Origin: Acinetobacter phage AM24
DNA: 64,000 bases
Reading direction: 5' to 3' (one strand)
Sequence record: KY000079.2
How positions within the stretch are numbered: the stretch's first letter is position 1; each line of letters begins with the position of its first letter. Below the pieces are notes generated by a model, which was not told the origin of the DNA, searched no databases, and saw nothing but the letters and a program-made list of their open reading frames with translations. The position numbers and the translations under genes were made by a program. Below are positions 56,428 through 64,000 of the stretch, in pieces.

Positions 56428-57699
56428 TTACTTACTTCCTTGTAATCCTTTATTATCTTCTGAATCTTCCATGATCAGATTCAAGAGTTCTTCTTGTTCC
56501 TCTTGTTCTTTCTTCCTCATATTATTCCAAGCTTCTACAAACATAGCCTCAGACCAGTTACTTTCATACTCTCGGTTTTGACCCTTAGTGAAGAAATCTG
56601 GCATCTGGTAACCGTATGTATTTAAGTTAAACATCTTAGCCACTTTGGAATCCTTCTGAGTAACTTGGAACTCTTTAGGGATTTTATCTACAGGAACCTG
56701 CAAACGAGTCAAGAAAGTAAAGATTCGGAAGCGCACAAAATCAATGTACTCGGCTGTTGTATACCCATTGAGTGAACCTGAAGGGATTGCCATATCAATG
56801 ATTCGCTTCTCATGCTCTAACACGTAGTGGCAAGCTTGTAGTAACTTTCCAAACATTTCTTCATGCTCATGTAGAGGTTTTCCTACTTCATGGAAATAGG
56901 TGTTAAAATGTTCTGCTGCATAAATACCATGAAGGTCTTCATCTAGTGCACTTTGGTTAGCAATTTGTGCAATAACTTTAATTAAGTTAAAACCGTTTGT
57001 CTGGAAGCTTTTAAGGATGGCAAAGCTAGAGAACAACAAAGCTGTCTCTGTTAAAGAGAAGCACAAGCATGCAAGCATCTTGTTTTCATCTCGCATTAAC
57101 CCATCTAACCATTCCATACGTTCATTGAGCACAGGGTCATCAATGTAGGATGTGTAGTAATCATCGGTATCTAGGCCAAGTACAATGTTAATTTCATTGT
57201 ATGTTCGTGCATGGACCATCAACTCAATCATTGCTAAAGCAGAAGCACCAGCACGGGATTCATGTCGAGGGAATACTTTAATGAATAATCCATTCCAGAA
57301 TTCATCACCAACAATTAGTTCATACTGTAAGAATAAGTGTAGAACTGTTTTTACTGCATGTAGTTGCTCTTTAGTAAGCACATACTCAAGTTCCATCTGG
57401 TCATTCTTGACTTCCATTTCACTCTTGAACCACATCTGCTCTTCAAGCTGCTGGTCAGCAATCTCAAGAATCTTTGGGTACTTAATTTCATAGCCACTAT
57501 TGGGTGATGTAATACGGGTTTGCACTAACCCAGTTTTCTCTGAATTTAGTGTTTTGTTTATTGTCACATAAACGAATTTCCCTTCAGGGTTTTTCTCATC
57601 CTTGACATTGATAATAACCTTTCCAGTTGGTGGTGGTAAAAATCCAATCTTCTCAACCTGGCCTTCGGTTAAATCTACCTCAATATTGATTTTAGACAT
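56428..57699 (-). CDS. nrdB: ribonucleotide reductase class I beta subunit
   Basis: Di-iron ligand motifs of ferritin-like R2 (ELMVHARTY, DEDLHGIY, FSLTETALLFSSFA) and an N-terminal extension of about 45 aa. Lies immediately upstream of nrdA. Confidence 0.75.
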   Translation of the reverse strand: MSKINIEVDLTEGQVEKIGFLPPPTGKVIINVKDEKNPEGKFVYVTINKTLNSEKTGLVQTRITSPNSGYEIKYPKILEIADQQLEEQMWFKSEMEVKNDQMELEYVLTKEQLHAVKTVLHLFLQYELIVGDEFWNGLFIKVFPRHESRAGASALAMIELMVHARTYNEINIVLGLDTDDYYTSYIDDPVLNERMEWLDGLMRDENKMLACLCFSLTETALLFSSFAILKSFQTNGFNLIKVIAQIANQSALDEDLHGIYAAEHFNTYFHEVGKPLHEHEEMFGKLLQACHYVLEHEKRIIDMAIPSGSLNGYTTAEYIDFVRFRIFTFLTRLQVPVDKIPKEFQVTQKDSKVAKMFNLNTYGYQMPDFFTKGQNREYESNWSEAMFVEAWNNMRKKEQEEQEELLNLIMEDSEDNKGLQGSK

Positions 57700-57744
57700 C
57701 TTAACTCCTTTTAATTTATAAAATTATAAATCATAAACTCCATG

Positions 57745-57772
57745 TAAAAGTAAGGCCACTCAATGGTGGCCT
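57745..57772 (-). terminator. rho-independent terminator
   Basis: AGGCCAC-ucaaug-GUGGCCU hairpin followed on the minus strand by UUACUUUU. Confidence 0.4.
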
Positions 57773-57778
57773 CTTCTG

Positions 57779-58255
57779 TTATTTACGTTTAATTCTTGCA
57801 CTGGTAATTCGAGGTTTATCTGAAGAGCGATGATACTCAATTTCAAAACCCAACTCATTTAAGATGTCTGAAAATTCACGAGAGGTTAAATTGGAGTCAA
57901 ACAATGGTACATCCTCACCATAATTCTTGACAACTTTAATACCTTGAATTTCCTTACGAGATACCTTTTCCAAGATTTCTTCACAAAATAACTTAGCGAA
58001 TAAGTCACACAGTGTTTGTACTGCTGGTCGTTTCTCTGGGGTTCGAAAACCGTTCTGGTCCTCTAATGAGTGCCAACCCCACCAACGACCTTCACCAATG
58101 TCAGTCTGTGCAAATAAACTTCGAGTATTTCTTTTGTGATCCTGATAATGCCCAAGTCGCACAATAAAGTTATCTAGAGTATTCCCTGTCATGTCTACAT
58201 AATTAGGACGTTTGGTAGGGTCTTTCTCTTGGACTTGGTTTACTGTTTCAATCAT
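57779..58255 (-). CDS. hypothetical protein
   Basis: 158 aa and His/Trp-rich (GRWWGWHSLEDQNGF). No family recognised. Confidence 0.4.
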   Translation of the reverse strand: MIETVNQVQEKDPTKRPNYVDMTGNTLDNFIVRLGHYQDHKRNTRSLFAQTDIGEGRWWGWHSLEDQNGFRTPEKRPAVQTLCDLFAKLFCEEILEKVSRKEIQGIKVVKNYGEDVPLFDSNLTSREFSDILNELGFEIEYHRSSDKPRITSARIKRK

Positions 58256-58677
58256 ATAGTCTCCTTATGAATTGTTTACATAATATGTAGGGATGTTATC
58301 TGGCACCACTACAAGTTGAAGGTATTGTAGTATGAATTAAATTTATAAAACACCCCACACCTTTAGAAATTCTTAAAAGTTTACCTTGTTTGGTTGTTTG
58401 TTAAACACAACACAAAATAAAGGTAGAACCTAGAGGTTATCTTTAAATTTGTCCCTAGGGGAAAATCCTTCAGGGAATAAAAAAGGACACCACTTAAAGT
58501 AGTGCCCTAAAAAGTACCCTAGGAAATATTACTATAATAACCCTGAGTCAAATTTTTTAAGTATCCCTTATATTTATAATACCCCAAAAAGTAATTTTGT
58601 CAAGCTAAAACCATGCCAACTAATCATTGGAAATTTCGATTAAAAATTAAATATTAGTAAATTCTGTAAAAATACAT

Positions 58678-58760
58678 CAGACCGATTTGATCAAATGCAT
58701 TTTTTAAAAGTGAAAATAACCAGTTCAAAATGGTTTTAACCAGACCGATTTGATCAAATG
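58678..58760. repeat. direct repeats (iteron-like), 2 x 20 bp with palindromic core TTTGATCAAA
   Basis: CAGACCGATTTGATCAAATG occurs at 58678-58697 and again at 58741-58760 (63-bp periodicity). Lies in a 620-bp AT-rich intergenic region upstream of the replication-gene cluster. Confidence 0.55.
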
Positions 58761-58807
58761 TTCTAATAAGGTAATAAATAGGGTTTTAAATATGTTTCTT
58801 TTTTAAG

Positions 58808-58836
58808 TTGACAGAGAAAAAATTTTTTTATAAAGT
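58808..58836 (+). promoter_or_regulatory. sigma70-like promoter
   Basis: TTGACA, a 17-nt A/T-rich spacer, then TAAAGT. About 50 nt upstream of the gene at 58884. Confidence 0.35.
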
Positions 58837-58883
58837 TATCCACATCCAAAGATGGTTGATTGGTATAAGTAAGGAGAATTTCA

Positions 58884-59599
58884 TGTTTAAAGGTTTTTTA
58901 ACAGATGTTGCAAAAGAAGCTGGTGTTGGTCCTGCAATTCTTTTAAATCAGTTGCACCAATGGGTTAAGTCTACTGGAAACCAGAAGATTTACCGTTCTA
59001 ATGCTCAATTATCTGAAGACCTTGATGGAGTTCTTTCAGTAGCAGCTATTCAACGTCATAAGGTAAAACTGATTGAATGTGGATACATTATCGTTTCTCA
59101 CGATAAAGGAACTATTCGTACCACTACTTACCAATTAACTGAGAAAGCTTTGAAATCTTTAGGTGCTTTCTTTGACAAAGCTAAAGACAAAGTTAAACAA
59201 GCCTTCCAACCTAAAAAACCTAAACAACAAGTTCCAGCACAACCTAAAGAGGAACCAGTAAAGCAAAGCACTGAGAAACCAACCTCTATGGAAGAAGAGT
59301 TTAAGAAAGCTGGTCAAGAACGTAAGGACCGCCCTAGAGGTTGCCCTAAAGAACTTCTTAAAGGTATCTTTATGAGTGCTAAGAAAGAAGAGGAAAAACA
59401 AGAAGATGTTGTTTATGAGGACAATTCTGAAGAGTTATTTGGAAAGAAATTCGAAAGTGAAGACTTGAGTGATGAAGAAATCTTTGATAAAATGAGTAAA
59501 ACTCTTGGTGGTTTATTTAAGACTATCCCTAATGTGGATAAAAGAAATTCAAACCTTCAAGCTATAAATAACTTTGGTAACTTTCGAGAAGAGTACTAA
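58884..59599 (+). CDS. winged-helix DNA-binding protein (replication initiator-like)
   Basis: Track ORF 58808..59599. The ATG at 58884 has AAGGAG 6 nt upstream. The N-terminal 100 aa are helix-turn-helix-like and the C-terminal half is K/E/P-rich and low-complexity. It sits beside the iteron-like repeats. Confidence 0.4.
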
Positions 59600-59631
59600 G
59601 GTTTGTTGATTAATAATCGGAGAAATCGATA

Positions 59632-60252
59632 ATGACTAAACATAAAATCGGAAAAGTTGCGTGTCAAAACTACCCAGAACTGAATGCACTATTCGAACAA
59701 GAATTACAAGATTTATTTCAGGAAAGATCTGAAGAAGAGTCTCGTATTCATGAAGCATTTAATAAATTCAAACCATTTCTGACCAAAGCTGTATATGGGA
59801 CAACTGAATGTGTTGATCCTCAAGTTCGTGTGTGGGCACATGCTGGATATGGTTTTGGTACTAAAAACTGGCGTTTTTATTATAAAGATATTTTAGAAAA
59901 TGCTCTTGAGTATGCCCGTGAAAAGCTGAGTGCTGATGAGTATGAAGGTGTTCGTGCAATGAAGAAAACTTTCTTAGGTGAGGACTTGATAGAGCAGCAC
60001 TGTCAAGATATGCTAAAAGAATTTTACGGGTATGATTACAAAGTTTATTGTTCAGAGTTTTATCGCTACTTTATACGAGATATGAGTTTGTTTGAAGAAA
60101 TGTGGTTTTTCAGCTTTGCAAATGTTGCTGGTTGGAAGGCATGGTTATTAATTAAAATTCTTGTTGGTATTCCTTGGGCAATATTTATGTTTGTACTAGT
60201 GTTTATTCTCTCTGGCTTGGAAAGAATTTATAATATTCTTTTTAAAAAGTAG
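59632..60252 (+). CDS. hypothetical protein with C-terminal TM segment
   Basis: 206 aa. RBS GGAGA. The C-terminal 40 aa are hydrophobic. Confidence 0.4.
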   Translation: MTKHKIGKVACQNYPELNALFEQELQDLFQERSEEESRIHEAFNKFKPFLTKAVYGTTECVDPQVRVWAHAGYGFGTKNWRFYYKDILENALEYAREKLSADEYEGVRAMKKTFLGEDLIEQHCQDMLKEFYGYDYKVYCSEFYRYFIRDMSLFEEMWFFSFANVAGWKAWLLIKILVGIPWAIFMFVLVFILSGLERIYNILFKK

Positions 60253-60342
60253 TTGACATTATTTTCTACCTGATCTAATATACACACATCAGGTAGAGAT
60301 ACCTAAAAATTAATAAACGAGATATCCTAAGAGGAAACTTAA

Positions 60343-60834
60343 ATGAAAGCGATTGTTAGTTCATCTTTAAAAGCACAAGAAGTTAGTTCTAAGCGTGAAA
60401 ACTTAGAGTTTAAATCAAATGGGACTAAGTTGTATCGTTCACTTGAAAAAATGTTCAAGGTTCGTGATGCACTTGCTGATGCTAAAGCAACTATTGCTGA
60501 AGTAACTGGTGAGAAATACATGATCGTTACAGCCGATGAAGCGATCCGCATTTATGAAAATAACAAATCATCATTTACAAGTTTTACTTTTGTAAAGATT
60601 TCTGATTGCACATTACGTACAATTTCTACTCGACAAACTGATATTGGTGTGTCTGGCACTGCTCGTCCAAGTAAAAACAAAGATCAATATAATGTCTTTG
60701 ATACCAACTTGGCTAAGAAAATGATCAAAGAAGGTCGTAAAGAAGAAGTTGAAAGTGGTGGTGCATGGCGTTCATTTAACAAGAAATCACTTGTTAGTAT
60801 GCGACACAATGGTATAACTTATTTGATTGCATAA
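60343..60834 (+). CDS. hypothetical protein
   Basis: 163 aa. RBS AAGAGGA. Confidence 0.4.
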   Translation: MKAIVSSSLKAQEVSSKRENLEFKSNGTKLYRSLEKMFKVRDALADAKATIAEVTGEKYMIVTADEAIRIYENNKSSFTSFTFVKISDCTLRTISTRQTDIGVSGTARPSKNKDQYNVFDTNLAKKMIKEGRKEEVESGGAWRSFNKKSLVSMRHNGITYLIA

Positions 60835-60914
60835 GTTAAAGAACCAATTAAAACTTAGAAATTAATTTAACAAGAGTCATCCAAAAGGGTGATCTTGTTT
60901 TTCGTCTTTATAAA

Positions 60915-61214
60915 ATGGAGAAAAAGATGGTATTTGAAATTGGAATTCTTAGAGAAGCTTTGCAAGGTATCAGGAAGGCCAAAATGAAAGTGAGACTTGA
61001 TCCGTATATTAGCGAGGAAGAGTGCATCGAAATTCTTGAGGAACTTAATCTTGCAGAGATGGTGCACATGTCTCTCATTGCAACAATGCATGAGCAGCAA
61101 CAAGTTGTGTCTGGAAAAGTAATTATAAAAGGGACTAAGACACCAAAAGAAATTTTAGATCAACTTCGAGAGAAATCACCAGAGGATTCTAAAGTAATTT
61201 TACCAGATAATTAA
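60915..61214 (+). CDS. hypothetical protein
   Basis: 99 aa. The start is ATG 60915 or ATG 60927. Confidence 0.35.
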   Translation: MEKKMVFEIGILREALQGIRKAKMKVRLDPYISEEECIEILEELNLAEMVHMSLIATMHEQQQVVSGKVIIKGTKTPKEILDQLREKSPEDSKVILPDN

Positions 61215-61227
61215 AAGGAGTAAAACT

Positions 61228-63264
61228 GTGCAATATGAAGGATTCAAAATAAAAGGTGGAACTTACCAAAATTTTGATGTGAGCGATTTAGATTTTAGCC
61301 ATGAACACAAAACAACCTGCCCTAAATGTAAATCTAAAGGTAAGGACCGTTCTGGGAATAACTTTCATATTTACTCTCCAGATGAATTAGGTAGACCGAG
61401 TGGTGGTAAGTGTTGGGCTGCTGGTTGTGGATTCCGTATCTTAAGCGCTGAAATTATCGGTGAGTTAGAAGCTACAGGAAATGGTCATGGTAAATATGAG
61501 TTAACAGAAGAGGAAAAAGCTGAATTAAAAACACAACAGCTTTTAAGGAAATCTCAAAGGAATAAGGAGAAGGCATTGGAAAAGGCATTATCTAGGGAAG
61601 ATTTTTTGTCGATTTGGCAAAGCACTGGACCTGACCCTAAAGGTTGGAGAGGTTTGACAAAAGAAACCTGTGATGATTTAAAAATCCGATTCCGATATAA
61701 TGAGGATGATGGTAAGCCAAACTCAATGTTGGTCCCAACCTTTATGCCTATGGAGGATGGCGCTAAGGCTGTACCAGTGGGTTATAAGATTCGAGTATTT
61801 CCTAAAGACTTCTCTCATTCAGTTGGTGCTTTTGGTAAAGCTACTGATTTAATTGGTATGGCAAAATTCCACAGCCATAACAAAACTTTAGTGATTACTG
61901 CTGGTGAAGTTGACTGGGCTTCAGCTTATCAGATGTATAAGGCTAAGAAACCTGAACGTTATATTCCAGCTATTGTAACCTCACCACTGGGTGAAGAGGG
62001 AACCTTGCAGCACTTCTTGGAGAATCCTAGAAACTATGAGTTCTTCATGCAATTTGATAAGGTTATCTTGTGCTTAGACTCTGATGATGCTGGCTTAAAG
62101 GCTATGGAATCATTTGCCGAGAAGATGCCTAGAGAGAAGCTTTGGAAGGTTCAACTACGATACAAAGATGTGAATGAGTATCTCGTACAGGGCAAATATC
62201 AAGAGTTTGTCGATGATGTTGAGTTTAAGGCCAAACCATGTCATGATTCCTTGATCATTGGTTCTGGTGGTTGGCAAGTTGCCATTAAGCGTGAAATTAG
62301 TGTTGAGAAGTTGCAATTGCCTCCAATGTTGTGTAGACTAGAGAAATCTATAAAAGGTGGTTTCCCAATGGGTCGTATTGTAACCATTGGTGCAGCAAGT
62401 TCTGCTGGTAAAACCACCTTAGTAAACTCAATGATTTATTACTGGTTGGGTTTAAGAACACATAAAATCGGTATTGTATCTTTGGAGTTAACCTTCGGTC
62501 AATACTGTATGGATATGCTGTCACGACATGTTGGTAGAAAAATTGATGCATTTGAGACAGTTAAGGAACAACAAGATTTCTTAAATCGTCCAGATGTGAT
62601 TGATGCTGCAAATGATTTCTTCTACAATGAAGATGGAAGTGATAGATTCTGGGTGGTTGATAACCGAGATTCAAACATTGCAGAGATTCAACGCCTGTGT
62701 GAACAGATGGTTATCCAACATGGAATTAATGTTCTTATCTTAGACCCAGTTTCAGACTTAACACAAAAACTTGATAAGGAAAAACAAGTTGAGTTTGCTT
62801 CTTGGCAAAAGAGCTTTGTTAAGAAACACAATGTCTTGATGATTCAAATTTCACACGTTCGTAAAACAGGAAATGGTCAAAAGAGTTATGCTGAAGGTGC
62901 TGTCCCTACAGAAGATGACTTGATTGGTTCATATGCTGTTGGTTCATCTAGTGCGTGTACCATTATGCTTGCACGTAATAAGATGAGTGATAACCCGCGT
63001 GTACGTAATACCACAGGTGTCTATGTTCCGAAGTGTCGTTGGAGTCCAGTTACAGGTCACTTAGATGATATTTACTACGATCTAGAGACACACCGATTGC
63101 ACAATCTAGAGCAATGGGATTTGGGTATTGTTGATACTGGACAGAAGCTCTTGTTAGATGAAGACCTAGATACAAAAGGTGATGATCAAGATCATGTTTG
63201 TGCTGATGAACAGGAATCTGTATATGCATCATCAAGTGATGTAACTCAATTGTTTAGTGAGTAA
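61228..63264 (+). CDS. DNA primase-helicase (T7 gp4-like: zinc finger + TOPRIM + DnaB-family helicase)
   Basis: GTG start after AAAAGGAG. N-terminal zinc ribbon (CPKCKSKG...CWAAGCG), TOPRIM acidic motifs (VITAGEVD, ILCLDSDDAG), then helicase Walker A (GAASSAGKTT) and Walker B (ILILDP). Confidence 0.8.
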   Translation: MQYEGFKIKGGTYQNFDVSDLDFSHEHKTTCPKCKSKGKDRSGNNFHIYSPDELGRPSGGKCWAAGCGFRILSAEIIGELEATGNGHGKYELTEEEKAELKTQQLLRKSQRNKEKALEKALSREDFLSIWQSTGPDPKGWRGLTKETCDDLKIRFRYNEDDGKPNSMLVPTFMPMEDGAKAVPVGYKIRVFPKDFSHSVGAFGKATDLIGMAKFHSHNKTLVITAGEVDWASAYQMYKAKKPERYIPAIVTSPLGEEGTLQHFLENPRNYEFFMQFDKVILCLDSDDAGLKAMESFAEKMPREKLWKVQLRYKDVNEYLVQGKYQEFVDDVEFKAKPCHDSLIIGSGGWQVAIKREISVEKLQLPPMLCRLEKSIKGGFPMGRIVTIGAASSAGKTTLVNSMIYYWLGLRTHKIGIVSLELTFGQYCMDMLSRHVGRKIDAFETVKEQQDFLNRPDVIDAANDFFYNEDGSDRFWVVDNRDSNIAEIQRLCEQMVIQHGINVLILDPVSDLTQKLDKEKQVEFASWQKSFVKKHNVLMIQISHVRKTGNGQKSYAEGAVPTEDDLIGSYAVGSSSACTIMLARNKMSDNPRVRNTTGVYVPKCRWSPVTGHLDDIYYDLETHRLHNLEQWDLGIVDTGQKLLLDEDLDTKGDDQDHVCADEQESVYASSSDVTQLFSE

Positions 63265-63304
63265 TTGAATGCATATTTATTAAAGGATTAATTAGGAGGT
63301 AATT

Positions 63305-64000
63305 TTGACAGACCAAAAGAAATATCACGTTTTTGCAGCAGACTTAGAAAGTACAGGTTTGCTTCATCATCTTGAAGAACAGGGTGAGAATGCCCGATTA
63401 CACAACTTTGGTCTGTTATCTACCAAAAGTGATTCTTATGCCATTCTACATCCAATGAAACAAGGTGACCGTGAGAAACTTCAAAAGGTTTTAGATCGTG
63501 AAGATACTGTTTTGGTTATCCATAATGGTATCTGCTATGATATAGAAGCTTTAAAACATTTTAAATTTGATACTTCAAAAGTTAAAGTAATTGATACTTT
63601 ATATCTTGCTTGGTACTTAGATTTCTTTAAGGAAGGTCGTTATGGCTTAGAGGCTTATGGTGAGTTGTTAGGCTTTCCGAAGCCACCTATTGAAGACTGG
63701 GAGAATCTAACCCAAGAGGATTATGACCACCGTGTTTATGGGGATATTAAAATCCAGAAAGCACTTTGGTTAAAGCTTTGTAAGCAGTTTGCAGAACTGT
63801 ACAACATTCCAAATGATGAGTACATGGAGTCCCGTGTCATTGATCATTATGCAATGAAGTATATTATGTGGAAGGGTGAACAGATGCGTATTCAACAAGA
63901 GAATATGTGGAAGTTCGACTATGAAAAAGCTGCACCAATGCTTAAGAAGATTGAGTTTCAAATCAATGAAAAGATTGAAGCTCTCACAAGTGTAATGCCG
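63305..64000 (+). CDS. DNA polymerase (family A), N-terminal 3'-5' exonuclease domain, truncated by window end
   Basis: TTG start after GGAGG. The Exo I motif VFAADLESTGL is present and the ORF stays open to the window end. Confidence 0.65.
   Translation, partial: MTDQKKYHVFAADLESTGLLHHLEEQGENARLHNFGLLSTKSDSYAILHPMKQGDREKLQKVLDREDTVLVIHNGICYDIEALKHFKFDTSKVKVIDTLYLAWYLDFFKEGRYGLEAYGELLGFPKPPIEDWENLTQEDYDHRVYGDIKIQKALWLKLCKQFAELYNIPNDEYMESRVIDHYAMKYIMWKGEQMRIQQENMWKFDYEKAAPMLKKIEFQINEKIEALTSVMP

Noticed and set aside
802-63235. Numerous antisense or embedded track ORFs of 60-135 aa inside large genes (for example 802..1011, 2536..2727, 3233..3481, 22612..22992, 29194..29487, 31535..31849, 42195..42602, 45114..45443, 57185..57493, 62348..62551).
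   Set aside because: They lie wholly within and antisense to, or out of frame with, well-supported genes. They lack RBSs and have low-complexity, hydrophobic compositions typical of shadow ORFs.

Overview
This 64-kb window looks like part of a large, AT-rich tailed phage genome (or prophage) from a Gram-negative host; the host call rests on the Rz/Rz1-type spanin pair. It has five parts. (1) 1-4.7 kb: a short plus-strand operon of small unknown genes, driven by a sigma70-like promoter and ending in a rho-independent terminator. (2) 5.1-18.4 kb: about 35 small, tightly packed minus-strand genes with overlapping stops and starts, typical of an early or host-takeover block. Recognisable here are a PPP-family Ser/Thr phosphatase, a P-loop NTPase and a tandem triplet of paralogous small genes. 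(3) 18.8-53.6 kb: the plus-strand late region. It starts with an embedded i-/o-spanin pair and an 848-aa tail fibre, then a SleB-like cell-wall hydrolase. Next comes a dense tRNA array (20 tRNAs called by hand) interleaved with two HNH endonucleases and ORF-poor, hairpin-rich stretches, followed by a thioredoxin. The head module is large terminase, portal, S49/ClpP-type protease fused to scaffold, and major capsid. The tail module is Mu/P2-like and contractile: sheath-like protein, three paralogous tube-like proteins, a chaperone with a candidate -1 frameshift extension, tape measure, baseplate hub, spike, gp25-like and J-like proteins, tail fibres including a collagen-like one, and the endolysin. 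(4) 53.6-58.3 kb, minus strand: a class I ribonucleotide reductase. The alpha subunit is interrupted at the catalytic Cys by a 326-aa intein carrying LAGLIDADG homing-endonuclease motifs; the beta subunit follows. (5) 58.3-64 kb: an intergenic region with 20-bp direct repeats that looks like a replication origin, then a winged-helix protein, a T7 gp4-like primase-helicase and the start of a family-A DNA polymerase. All calls are from reading the sequence and motifs by eye. No database search was run, so family names are motif-level inferences.
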